Origin: a bacterium
Lineage (GTDB): Bacteria; J088; JAWLBW01
Length of the DNA: 64,000 nucleotides
NCBI GenBank assembly: GCA_041690355.1
Contig: JAWLHK010000004.1
Location: 186,001-250,000, forward strand
Reading direction: 5' to 3'
Shown: one piece after another, positions 43,716-52,857 of the stretch
Numbering within the stretch: the first letter of the stretch is position 1
Layout of the letters: every line of letters starts with the position of its first letter
Notes under the pieces: model-generated
The model's database searches: none
Told to the model about the DNA's origin: nothing
Seen by the model: the letters and a program-made list of their open reading frames with translations, nothing else
Translations under genes and position numbers: made by a program

Positions 43716-46379
43716 ATGCATATGTGGAAACCGATAGGCCTGTCCCTTATTCTTCTCGCAACCGTGAACGCCTGCGTCGACGAGCGCGCCGCGGGCACCG
43801 GCCGCGCCGAGTCTGCACACTCCGGAATTCAACCGGGCGCTCATGAACGCCCCTCTGCCGGCGCTCCGGGCCGTATCGCGTCCCTTCTTCCATCACCTCC
43901 GGCGTCGCTGCCGGGCGCGGCGCCCACGATCCGCACCCTTGCAGACCCGGCGAGCGGCGGCGAAGAAACGGTGGAATACCGCCTGCTGGTCCGCTTCGAG
44001 CCCGAAGCCGCCCGCGAGGCTGTCGCGGCGCTGCACGAAGAGACCGGCGCGCGGCTCGTGCGCACGCTGAGGTCGCCCGCGGGGCTGCAGGTGCTGGGCT
44101 TTTCGAGCCCCGATGCCCTGCGCCGGGCGCGCGGCGTGTACGATCGCTCTCCGCTCGTGCGCTATACGGAACCGGAGACGGCCGGCGAGGTGCGGGCCAT
44201 CACGAGCTTCGTGACGCCTGACGATCCGAAGTTCCTCGAACAGTGGAGCCTCGAAAACACCGGCCAGAACGGCGGCCGCGTGGATTCGGATCTCAACGCC
44301 GTGGCCGCCTGGCAGGGATTGAAATCCGCAGAGACGGTGGTCGTCGGCGTCGTCGACACGGGCGTGGACTATACGCACCCCGATCTGGCCGCGGCCATGT
44401 GGCGCAATCCCGGCGAAATCGCCGGCAACCGCGTCGACGACGACGGCAACGGCTACGTCGACGACATCCACGGCATCGACGCCATCGGGCAGACCGGCGA
44501 TCCGATGGACGTTCAGGGCCACGGCACCCACGTGGCCGGAATCATCGCAGCCATTCCCAACAACGGCCAGGGCATCAGCGGCGTTGCGCCCAACGCCCGC
44601 ATCGCCGCCTGCCGCGCGGGCGATCCGGCGGGCGCCATGTACGCGGGCGCCGTCGCCCAGTGTCTCGACTATTTTCATGCACTCGCCACGCGCGAGAAGA
44701 ACCCCGTGCCGGTCGTCGTGACGAACCACTCGTGGAAAGGATCGAGTTTCTCGCGCGCTCTCGAAGACGCCATCGCCGGCCAGCTCGAGGCCGACATTCT
44801 GCTTTCGGCGGCGGCGGGCAACGACGGCGAGGACATGGACACCCGCTTCGGCGCGCCGGCCGGCTACGACTTTCCGCACGTGCTCTCGGCCTCGGCCACC
44901 GGGCGCAGCGACGAGCTGCCCGATTTCTCGAACTATGGCGGCCGCTCGATTCTGCTCGGCGCACCCGGCGTCGACATCGTCAGCACCTACCCGGGCAACC
45001 GGTACGCGGCCGGCGCGGGCACGTCGTTCGCGGCCCCGCACGTCTCGGGCCTGGTCGCCCTGGTGCGCGGCGCCCGCCCCGGGATCTCTTCGCTCGCGGC
45101 CCGCAACCTCGTCGTCAGCGGCGCCGTGGGCGCCGACGGCATGCAGGGCAATACGCTCTCGGGGCGCCGCATCCGTGCCTGGGACAGCGGCGGCGCGGGG
45201 AGTCTGACCTGCGACGGCCGAACGTTCCGTCGCCGCCTGGCCCCCTACGAGAACCGCGACGGCGTCGCCCTCTTCGCGTGGAACGAGCCGCTTCCGATTC
45301 GCGTACTGAACACCCGCTGCGACGTCGGGGCCGGCGCGGTGACCGCCACCGTCGAACCGGGTAACGTCGCGCTGCAGCTGCGCGACACCGGCGGCCCAGG
45401 CGATCGGGAAGCCGGCGACGGCGAGTACGCGAACGTCCTTCGCCCGGGCGAGGCCGACCGCTACGACGTGGCCGTCGACGGCGGGCCGGCTTTCACGGCC
45501 GTCGTCCTCGACGGGTATGCCGTACCGGAGAAACGGACTGTGGTCGTGCCGCGGCTCTCGGGTTCGCCCCTGCGCTTCAACGGCGACGGCCTGGCGAACG
45601 TCACGGCCCCCTTTCCCATCCTGCTGGGCAACCAGACCTACGGCATCCGCGAGCTGCTCGTATCACGCCGGGGCTTCGTCGCTTTCGAAAACGGCGATCG
45701 CACGTTCTACCCGCGGGCGGCGCGCGCCTCGGCCAGTGACAACCCGGCACTCGGCGCGCACGAGCCCCCGCTGCTGGCGGCGCCCCTCTGGGATCTCTTC
45801 GAGGGGGGAACCGTCGTGACTTCGGTCCAGGGATCGGCTCCCGAGCGCACCTTGACCATCGAGTGGCAGGACGTCACGCACGCCGAATGCGGCGGGCGCG
45901 CCCGCTTCCAGGTCGTGTTCACCGAGGGGAGCCCCGAAATCCGCTTCGGCTACGGCGAAGTGCCTGGCGGTTCGGGATCGTGCGCGCCCGAATCGTCGGC
46001 GACCGTCGGCCTGGCGACCGGTAATCGCCTGATAAGCAAGCCTGCAGACGGAGACCTGCTGAGCGCCGGGCTCGAGCTGGTGTGGCGCCTCGCGCCGCGC
46101 CCGGCCCTGAACCCCGCCGACCCCGACAATGACGACGGGACCTCGGCGCCCGTTCCCGTCCCCGCCGACGGCAAGCCGGCCGACGATGCGGCCGGCGGAC
46201 CGCAGACCGCGGGTTCGGACCCCGCGGGCGGAGGCTGTGCGACATCGGGTACCGCTTCGGCCTCGACGCTCCTGCTGGCGGCCGGAGCCCTGCTCCTGTT
46301 CAGGGCGCAGCGATCTGCAGGTCTTTTGCCCAGGCGGCCTTCGCGCGCAGCGCGTCGCGCAGGCCAGCGTCACGGATGA
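43716..46379 (+). CDS. S8 subtilisin-like serine protease with propeptide, beta-rich C-terminal domains and MYXO-CTERM-like sorting tail
   Basis: VVDTGVDY, GHGTHVAG, AAAGN, GTSFAAPHVSG; DDDGNGYVDD; tail GGGCATSG...LLLAAGALLLFR. Confidence 0.9.
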   Translation: MHMWKPIGLSLILLATVNACVDERAAGTGRAESAHSGIQPGAHERPSAGAPGRIASLLPSPPASLPGAAPTIRTLADPASGGEETVEYRLLVRFEPEAAREAVAALHEETGARLVRTLRSPAGLQVLGFSSPDALRRARGVYDRSPLVRYTEPETAGEVRAITSFVTPDDPKFLEQWSLENTGQNGGRVDSDLNAVAAWQGLKSAETVVVGVVDTGVDYTHPDLAAAMWRNPGEIAGNRVDDDGNGYVDDIHGIDAIGQTGDPMDVQGHGTHVAGIIAAIPNNGQGISGVAPNARIAACRAGDPAGAMYAGAVAQCLDYFHALATREKNPVPVVVTNHSWKGSSFSRALEDAIAGQLEADILLSAAAGNDGEDMDTRFGAPAGYDFPHVLSASATGRSDELPDFSNYGGRSILLGAPGVDIVSTYPGNRYAAGAGTSFAAPHVSGLVALVRGARPGISSLAARNLVVSGAVGADGMQGNTLSGRRIRAWDSGGAGSLTCDGRTFRRRLAPYENRDGVALFAWNEPLPIRVLNTRCDVGAGAVTATVEPGNVALQLRDTGGPGDREAGDGEYANVLRPGEADRYDVAVDGGPAFTAVVLDGYAVPEKRTVVVPRLSGSPLRFNGDGLANVTAPFPILLGNQTYGIRELLVSRRGFVAFENGDRTFYPRAARASASDNPALGAHEPPLLAAPLWDLFEGGTVVTSVQGSAPERTLTIEWQDVTHAECGGRARFQVVFTEGSPEIRFGYGEVPGGSGSCAPESSATVGLATGNRLISKPADGDLLSAGLELVWRLAPRPALNPADPDNDDGTSAPVPVPADGKPADDAAGGPQTAGSDPAGGGCATSGTASASTLLLAAGALLLFRAQRSAGLLPRRPSRAARRAGQRHG

Positions 46380-47283
46380 CGACGGGAACGGTCCGGGCTT
46401 CGCTCCAGAACCAGGCGCCGTAATCGGGCTTGGCGAAGCTCACCAGCTCGACCACGAGCGTGCCGTCGGCGCGCCGGTCGAGGACGCGGGCCGCCTCGAA
46501 GCTCTCGCCCGTTTCGAGCGTGCGCGGGTAGACCGCGCCGGCGGCGACTCCGCCCAGACGGCTGATGAGCATGCGGGCCGCCGCAGACTCCTGCGCGGCC
46601 TGGTCGCCGGCCATGCGCGCGCGGATGGCCCGCTCGCGCCGCGAGCGGGGAGATTCGTCGCGGAGCTCCGGCGCGGCCGCGTCTTCGGCGGCGCCGAAGG
46701 GGATGAGGCCGAGTTCGGGATCGGCTTCGACCTTGCGATACAGCCCGCCGAGCTTCGCAGCGAGCGCCTCGAACTCAGCCGGATTCTGCTCGGCTTCGTC
46801 GAGAAAGGCGGCGGCCCTGCGCCGCGACTCTTCTGCGAAACGGCTTGCGCTCCGGTAGTAGCGGAACAGACGGCTCTGCGCGAAATCGGGGAGCAGACCC
46901 ACGGTCAGATAGCTCTCCTGATCGGCGGCGTAGACGGCTTTCAGCTGCCCGAGCATCTCCGGATCGCGGGTTTCGCGGTCGACGCGTAACGCTTCGGCCT
47001 CCCACGTCCTGCGGTCGAGTTCGGTGCCGTACTTCGCCAGAACCACGGCAGACAGATATCCCTGGACCAGCTGCGCGGCCGCCACCTCGGGCTGCGCCGA
47101 ATCGGGATAGAGCACCGCCACGTGCCGGCGGCGCAGTTCGAGCTGTTCGTCGCTGACGGCGTACGGGCCGACGCGCAGAGCGGGCTCTGCCGGGCCGCGC
47201 AGCAACCAGATGCCGCCCGCGGCCAGCGTCGCAGCCATGACGGCAGAAAGCAGCCAGAGCATGCGTTGAGGACCTTGTGTCAT
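46300..47283 (-). CDS. Membrane-anchored hypothetical protein (weak SurA/PpiC-chaperone-like appearance)
   Basis: From ATG 47283: N-terminal TM, RVGPYAVSDEQL, helical body; 3' end overlaps the protease 3' end by 80 nt. Confidence 0.65.
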   Translation of the reverse strand: MTQGPQRMLWLLSAVMAATLAAGGIWLLRGPAEPALRVGPYAVSDEQLELRRRHVAVLYPDSAQPEVAAAQLVQGYLSAVVLAKYGTELDRRTWEAEALRVDRETRDPEMLGQLKAVYAADQESYLTVGLLPDFAQSRLFRYYRSASRFAEESRRRAAAFLDEAEQNPAEFEALAAKLGGLYRKVEADPELGLIPFGAAEDAAAPELRDESPRSRRERAIRARMAGDQAAQESAAARMLISRLGGVAAGAVYPRTLETGESFEAARVLDRRADGTLVVELVSFAKPDYGAWFWSEARTVPVVIRDAGLRDALRAKAAWAKDLQIAAP

Positions 47284-47364
47284 GGGACCAGAATACCCGA
47301 CCGTCGCCCGGCAGGCCAACGGCGGGGAGGTCCGGTATAATGGCAGGTTTGCGGAATTGCACCC

Positions 47365-49512
47365 ATGCGTATTCGATTTACGGCCCTCGCCCTCCTGCTC
47401 GTCCCATTCGCCTGCGCGCGCGCGTCCTGTGGCGCAGAAGAAAAAAATGCGCAGCGGGACGCGTTGCAGGAACTGTATGACGGGCACGCCCTCCCCGGCG
47501 TCGTCGCCATGACAAGCGCCGACGGCGTGACCCTCCCGACGCGGGTGCGGGCCCTCGTCGCGGCCTACGCCCGCGGCGAGGCGACGCCCGGATTTCCCCT
47601 CCCCGTCTCGGGCGGTGATCGGCTGCGGTTCGTCGACGGCATGCGCGCCGATCTCGTCATTACGTGGCTGACCCCGCTTTCGAACCGGAACTCGCCCAAC
47701 GCCCCGCGTTTCGGCGGCAACAACGACTACCTGGCCTACTTCGGCGACGATTGGGGACCGACGCCGTACTACTCCGGGGCCGATGAGTCGGGATGGCTGT
47801 GGGTGAACCACGAGTACGTTTCGGGACGCGCCCCCTCGGCGGCGGCAGGCCCGACCGGCCAGATGGCCACGCTGGCCCGGTTTCTGCGGGCGCAGTCCGG
47901 TTCCGACCAGGAAGGGGGCTGGACGGAGAGCGATATCGCCGGCTTCGTCCGCGCGCACAAACGCCAGCTCGGCGGCAGCTGGATCCGTGTGAAGCGGGAG
48001 CGCGAAACCGGGCGATGGTCCTTCGACCCGGCCGCCGAGAATCAGCGCTATGACGCCTCGAGCCGCACACAGTTCCGCATGACCGGACCGTACGCCGGCT
48101 CGGTGCGCGACCACGAAGACAGCGACCCGATGCGGCCGCTCCCGCCGGGGGTCATTGCCGGCACGATGGCCAACTGCGCCGGCGGCGTGACGCCGTGGGG
48201 GACGGTGATCGCCAGCGAAGAGAACACGCAGTACTTCTACGGCGACGCCGAGCCGGTCTGGGATCGCAACGCACAGCTGGCGGCCGGCGTCGGCTTCGAT
48301 GCCGGCGAACCGATCCGGCTTGCGACGACGGGCGATCCATCGGCGAATATGGGCGGACACGATGCGGCAGGCGAGCTCCACAGCCCGACCTACTATGGGT
48401 GGCAGGCCGAGGTCGAGCCAGGCCGTCCGGCCGGTGAATTTCTCGGCGCGGCGCGCGACGATACGGGCCACGCCAAACACTCGTCGCTCGGGCGCGCGCG
48501 CTGGGAGTCAGCCGCCTTCGTACTCGAGAAGCGGCCCGAGGGTCACCTCGCGCCGCCCGAAGGCAAGCCGCTCGTGGTCTATTTCGGCGACGACAGGTAC
48601 AACGGCCGGGTGCATAAATTCGTCTCCCGCGATGTCTGGCGCGACGCCGACGGGCGCGCCCGCCAACGCGCTCTGCTGCACGAGGGTACGCTCTACGTTT
48701 CGCACCTCGATGGACTCTCGCTCGACGGATTCACCCTGCGCGCGACCGGCAAGGTTCCCCCCGCGACCGCTCCGGGCGTGGGGCGCTGGATCGAACTGTC
48801 GCTGCGCTCGACCGACATTGCGCCCAATGCGTCGGCCTTTGCCGAGGGGACGACCGTGGGCGCGGCGCTGCGCGACCTGACGTGGAACCGGCTCGGCGGC
48901 TACGCCTCGCAGGGCGACGTGCTCGCCTCGGTTTACACCGCCGCCGCCAAAATCGGCGCTGCCGAACAGAACCGGCCCGAAGACGTCGAGTGGAACTTCG
49001 TCGATCAGAGCCTCTACATCGCGTACACCCGGCATACCGGACGGCCCAGCCTGAACGAGCACGGCGTGGTCACCGATGATCTTCCGAAGCGGAAAGATGC
49101 CGTGGGGCGCATCTGGAACTTCCGCGAATATGGAGATCCGGCCACCTCGCGCACCTTCGGCTTTCACCAGGTCTGGGAAGGAAAACAGTCCCAGACCGAC
49201 GTGTTCGCGGCCACGAACCCCGATAACCTGCTCATCGACGCCGACGGCGGGGTCTGGTTCGGCACCGACGGTAACTTCGGGAACAACGGGCAGACGAGCG
49301 ACGCGGTCTATTACCTGGATCTGGACCCCGCGCACCACGACACGAAACGGGCGACCTATGGCAGAGCCTTCCGCATTGCGGCCGTGCCGAGCGACGCCGA
49401 GGCGACCGGCATCGCCCTCACGAGCCGCATGTCGACCCTGTTTCTCAGTGTGCAACACCCCGGAGAGCGGGAGAGCTCACGGTGGCCCGGCAACCAGTTC
49501 CCGCGGAAATGA
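47365..49512 (+). CDS. phoX: PhoX family alkaline phosphatase (DUF839), probable lipoprotein
   Basis: GGNNDY, WVNHEY, NCAGGVTPWGT..SEEN, GRARWE, NRPEDVE, NPDNL, AEATG, LSVQHPG. Confidence 0.9.
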   Translation: MRIRFTALALLLVPFACARASCGAEEKNAQRDALQELYDGHALPGVVAMTSADGVTLPTRVRALVAAYARGEATPGFPLPVSGGDRLRFVDGMRADLVITWLTPLSNRNSPNAPRFGGNNDYLAYFGDDWGPTPYYSGADESGWLWVNHEYVSGRAPSAAAGPTGQMATLARFLRAQSGSDQEGGWTESDIAGFVRAHKRQLGGSWIRVKRERETGRWSFDPAAENQRYDASSRTQFRMTGPYAGSVRDHEDSDPMRPLPPGVIAGTMANCAGGVTPWGTVIASEENTQYFYGDAEPVWDRNAQLAAGVGFDAGEPIRLATTGDPSANMGGHDAAGELHSPTYYGWQAEVEPGRPAGEFLGAARDDTGHAKHSSLGRARWESAAFVLEKRPEGHLAPPEGKPLVVYFGDDRYNGRVHKFVSRDVWRDADGRARQRALLHEGTLYVSHLDGLSLDGFTLRATGKVPPATAPGVGRWIELSLRSTDIAPNASAFAEGTTVGAALRDLTWNRLGGYASQGDVLASVYTAAAKIGAAEQNRPEDVEWNFVDQSLYIAYTRHTGRPSLNEHGVVTDDLPKRKDAVGRIWNFREYGDPATSRTFGFHQVWEGKQSQTDVFAATNPDNLLIDADGGVWFGTDGNFGNNGQTSDAVYYLDLDPAHHDTKRATYGRAFRIAAVPSDAEATGIALTSRMSTLFLSVQHPGERESSRWPGNQFPRK

Positions 49513-51089
49513 GTTCGCTGTCGTATCGGCTTCTGCTGGCCGCCATCCTGTTCGTGCCCTGCGCGGCAGCGGCGGGGGAACTCCATAACGTCGAAACGTT
49601 CGTCCCGCCGCAGTGCTACACCCGCACGGGCAACGCGGCGAATCCCTGCTACGTCTGCCACACGCCGGCCGCGCCCCCCAACTACCTGGACGATGCCGAG
49701 CTCCAGTCGACCTACTCGTTTGCGCCCCCTGCGCTGCGGAATCATTGGACGAATCTGTTCGTCGACCGCCGTCCCGCCATGGCGCGCATCGCCCGGGCCG
49801 AAATCGAGCGCTGGGTGCGCGCCGACAATTACTCGCCGTGGCTGCGCGCCTACCGGCCCCGGGCACCCGAAGCGTACGCGCCGGATCTCGACCTTGCGCG
49901 AGGGTTCGATGACGAAGGGTTCGCCCGCGATGGCTCGGGCTGGCGCGCCCTGCGGTACGTCCCGTTTCCCGGCACCTTCTGGCCGACCAACGGCGCCGCG
50001 AGCGATACCTTTATTCGCCTGCCGGCCGCCTTTCGCACGGATATCCGGGGGAAACCCTCCCGCGCGATCTACAAGGCGAATCTGGCTGTGCTCGAAGCGG
50101 CGCTGAAGCTTCAGCCCCCCCGGCCCGGCGCCGGGGAATCGCGCGACGTTCGCGCGGCGACCGAGCCCCTCGACGAGCGCGCCGTCGGCGCCGACCTCGA
50201 CGGCGACGGCGCGTCGGGCACCGCCCGGGAACTCGCCGTGCTTCCTTCCCGCTATCTCGGCGGCGCGCGCGGGGTGCCGGTTGTGCCCCGCCTGTATCCC
50301 GAGGGGACGGAGTTTCTGCACACGGTTCGCTATCTGGACCCGCAGGCCGACGGCATGCTGGCGCGCCGGGTCAAGGAAGTCCGCTACAGCCGCAAGTACC
50401 GCTTCCTGAGTCCTTCGCGACTTTCAGGCCTGGCCGAGGCCGAGCACGAAGACAAGGAGAAGGGGCTGGCCCGTCAGGTGGCGGGCGCGCCCGGAACCGG
50501 GTTCACGAACGGGCAGGGCTGGGTGCTGCAGGGATGGATCGAGGACGCGACCGGCGCGTTGCGCCTGCAGAGCGAAGAGGAACAGCGCTACTGCCTGGGT
50601 TGCCACGGTTCCATCGGCGCCACCTTCGACAGCACGTTCGCGTTCCCGCGCAAGCTGCCGGCGGGTGAAGGGTGGCGGGTGCAGTCGCTGACCGGGATGC
50701 CCGATTATCCGATGCGCGGCGCAAAGGACGGTCACGTGCTGACCTACTTCGCACGCGCAGGCGGGGGAGACGAGTTCCGCGCGAACGACGAGATGCGCAG
50801 GCGGTTTTTCCGGAACGGGGCCCTCGACCGGACCCTCGTTCGGCAGGCCGCCCCGGGAGGCGACCGAGACCTTGCGTGGCTCCTGCTCCCCTCGGCAGAG
50901 CGCGCGTGGAACCTGAACCGCGCCTATCTCCTGCTCGTGAGGGAACAGAGCTTCGTGCGCGGACGCGATCCCGTGCTCACGCCGGTGACGAACGTCCATC
51001 GGGAGATCGCGAACGGCGAGACCGAGAACGGCGCCGCCGAGAACGTTTTTCAGGACGGGACGTTACTGCTGGATTTCGGCACGCCTTGA
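49509..51089 (+). CDS. Exported protein with two CxxCH haem-c motifs
   Basis: Signal peptide; PPQCYTRT..NPCYVCH and YCLGCHG; DLDGDG; ATGA overlap with phoX. Confidence 0.8.
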   Translation: MSSLSYRLLLAAILFVPCAAAAGELHNVETFVPPQCYTRTGNAANPCYVCHTPAAPPNYLDDAELQSTYSFAPPALRNHWTNLFVDRRPAMARIARAEIERWVRADNYSPWLRAYRPRAPEAYAPDLDLARGFDDEGFARDGSGWRALRYVPFPGTFWPTNGAASDTFIRLPAAFRTDIRGKPSRAIYKANLAVLEAALKLQPPRPGAGESRDVRAATEPLDERAVGADLDGDGASGTARELAVLPSRYLGGARGVPVVPRLYPEGTEFLHTVRYLDPQADGMLARRVKEVRYSRKYRFLSPSRLSGLAEAEHEDKEKGLARQVAGAPGTGFTNGQGWVLQGWIEDATGALRLQSEEEQRYCLGCHGSIGATFDSTFAFPRKLPAGEGWRVQSLTGMPDYPMRGAKDGHVLTYFARAGGGDEFRANDEMRRRFFRNGALDRTLVRQAAPGGDRDLAWLLLPSAERAWNLNRAYLLLVREQSFVRGRDPVLTPVTNVHREIANGETENGAAENVFQDGTLLLDFGTP

Positions 51090-51108
51090 GGTGCGTCCTT
51101 GGTCCCTC

Positions 51109-51140
51109 GGGCAGGAGTGGGAGAGTGGGGGATGGGGGGG
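51109..51140. repeat. G-rich degenerate octamer repeat / potential G-quadruplex
   Basis: GGG CAGGAGT GGG AGAGT GGGGG AT GGGGGGG between convergent stops. Confidence 0.55.
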
Positions 51141-51151
51141 AACAAGGACAC

Positions 51152-51982
51152 TCACCGGGCTGTGAGGCGATGCTCCGCAAAAAACTCGAGGATCTCGCGG
51201 GCGGCGCGGCCCTCGTCCATGTCCCAGAAGAGATGACCGGCGTCCGGGAGCGTGAGCAGGCGGCTGTCGGGGATGCGCGACGCGATCTTCTCGGCATTCG
51301 CGCAGGGGATCAGGCGATCTCCGGTTCCGTGCACGACAAGCGTCGGCGCCTGAATTTCGCCGATACGATGCTCGAGGTCGAACTCCAGAATCGCCTGCAG
51401 CTGCGCAAAGAGACCGCGGCGCGAACGGCGGTAGGGCAGGCTGTTCTCGACGATGCGCTCGAACCGCGCCGGGTCGGCGGCGATCCACGCTTCCGTAAAA
51501 TTGATGCGCAGCGTGGCGCGCAGGATATCGCGCGGATCGGTGACCGGCCCGCTGATCTGCATGCCCGCGAGCGTTTCGGCATCCGGGGGTACGTGACCCG
51601 TGCCGCCATGCATCGTGCAGCCGAGTACGAGCCGGTGCACGCGTTCGGGCGCGTCGAGGGCGAGCTGCTGGGCGATCATGCCCCCCATGCTGATGCCGAC
51701 GACGTGTGCCTTCTCCCAACCCAGATGATCGAGCAGCCGGCGCGCATCGGCGGCGAGCTGCGCGATCGTGTAGGGGCCTTCGGTGATCGTGCTCTCGCCC
51801 ATACCGCGATTGTCGAAGACGACCGTCGGATGCCGCTCGGCCAGGGCGGCGGCCAGTGAGCGCCAATCTTCCTTCACGCCCGTCCAGCCCATGATCATGA
51901 GGACCGGATCGTGATCAGCCCCCTCGTTCAACAACCGATAAGCAAGCTTCAGGTCGTCACAATCCAGGTATTGCGTACTCAT
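51152..51982 (-). CDS. Alpha/beta hydrolase
   Basis: FDNRGMG, GISMGG nucleophile elbow, HGTGDRLIP, AGH. Confidence 0.92.
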   Translation of the reverse strand: MSTQYLDCDDLKLAYRLLNEGADHDPVLMIMGWTGVKEDWRSLAAALAERHPTVVFDNRGMGESTITEGPYTIAQLAADARRLLDHLGWEKAHVVGISMGGMIAQQLALDAPERVHRLVLGCTMHGGTGHVPPDAETLAGMQISGPVTDPRDILRATLRINFTEAWIAADPARFERIVENSLPYRRSRRGLFAQLQAILEFDLEHRIGEIQAPTLVVHGTGDRLIPCANAEKIASRIPDSRLLTLPDAGHLFWDMDEGRAAREILEFFAEHRLTAR

Positions 51983-52806
51983 GCCCCCACCAGCTTCTGA
52001 TACCACTTTTTCTTCGGGGCGGGCGGCGGCAGGGCAATCGGATGTTCGCGCAGATGCGCGCACGCCTCTTCGACGGAAAGCGTCCTATAGAGCGCGAGCC
52101 GCTCGCCGATGGCCGCCTCGTATTCGTCTTTCTGGGCCCAGTAGTGAAAGACGTAGTCGTCACACGGCTGCAGCGCGACGTTCGTCTGCAGAAAGTAGCT
52201 GACGCCGTACTGCTCGACGAGCCCCTTCGGGTACTTCGGGTAGAGCTCGTCGATGTACTCGATGACCGTCTGCATGAGTCCGAAGCGGCTCGGGTCGAGA
52301 CCGATGGCGCCGGCATTCCACATCCAGCCCTGCAGGTCGACCGGCTGCCCCTGAAAGCGCAGCGGCGCCATGTGCTTGCGGAAGCGGCGGATCTGTCCGC
52401 TCGGCTTGCTCCAGACCGGATACTCGCGAACGTGCATGACGCCGTTTTCCAGGTCAATCTTCGGCCAGAGCGTGTCGTAGTCGCGCGTGAAGAACGTGTC
52501 GGCGTCGAGGTAGAGGAACTTCTCGTCGGGGTGCTCGCAACCGATGAGATCGAGAATCATGGCGATCTTCAGCCGGTGTGTGAAGTTCTCCGGACCGCGC
52601 CACGCCTGAATGCGCTCGGGCGAAAGCGGGTGGATGCTGATCGCCTCGGCGAGCGGCGCGAAGAACTCGGGGCGGTCAGCATAGAGATGAACGCGAACAT
52701 CGGCCGCGCCCCGATGTGCGAGGGCCGAGTAAGCGGCATACAGCGCCTGCGTGCGGATGCCGTCCAATCCGTAAGCCTGGTAAACGACGTTCATGCTTTC
52801 GTCCAT
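51979..52806 (-). CDS. Hypothetical protein with GT-A-like (GT8-like) motifs
   Basis: LKI, FLYLDADTFF (DxD), MWNAGAIG, EQY, FHYW; ATGA overlap with hydrolase; start uncertain (52794/52806/52845). Confidence 0.65.
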   Translation of the reverse strand: MDESMNVVYQAYGLDGIRTQALYAAYSALAHRGAADVRVHLYADRPEFFAPLAEAISIHPLSPERIQAWRGPENFTHRLKIAMILDLIGCEHPDEKFLYLDADTFFTRDYDTLWPKIDLENGVMHVREYPVWSKPSGQIRRFRKHMAPLRFQGQPVDLQGWMWNAGAIGLDPSRFGLMQTVIEYIDELYPKYPKGLVEQYGVSYFLQTNVALQPCDDYVFHYWAQKDEYEAAIGERLALYRTLSVEEACAHLREHPIALPPPAPKKKWYQKLVGA

Positions 52807-52857
52807 TGCCTCAAAGTCATCGTCGGGGAGCCGACAGGGGATCATGGCGGAGCCGGA

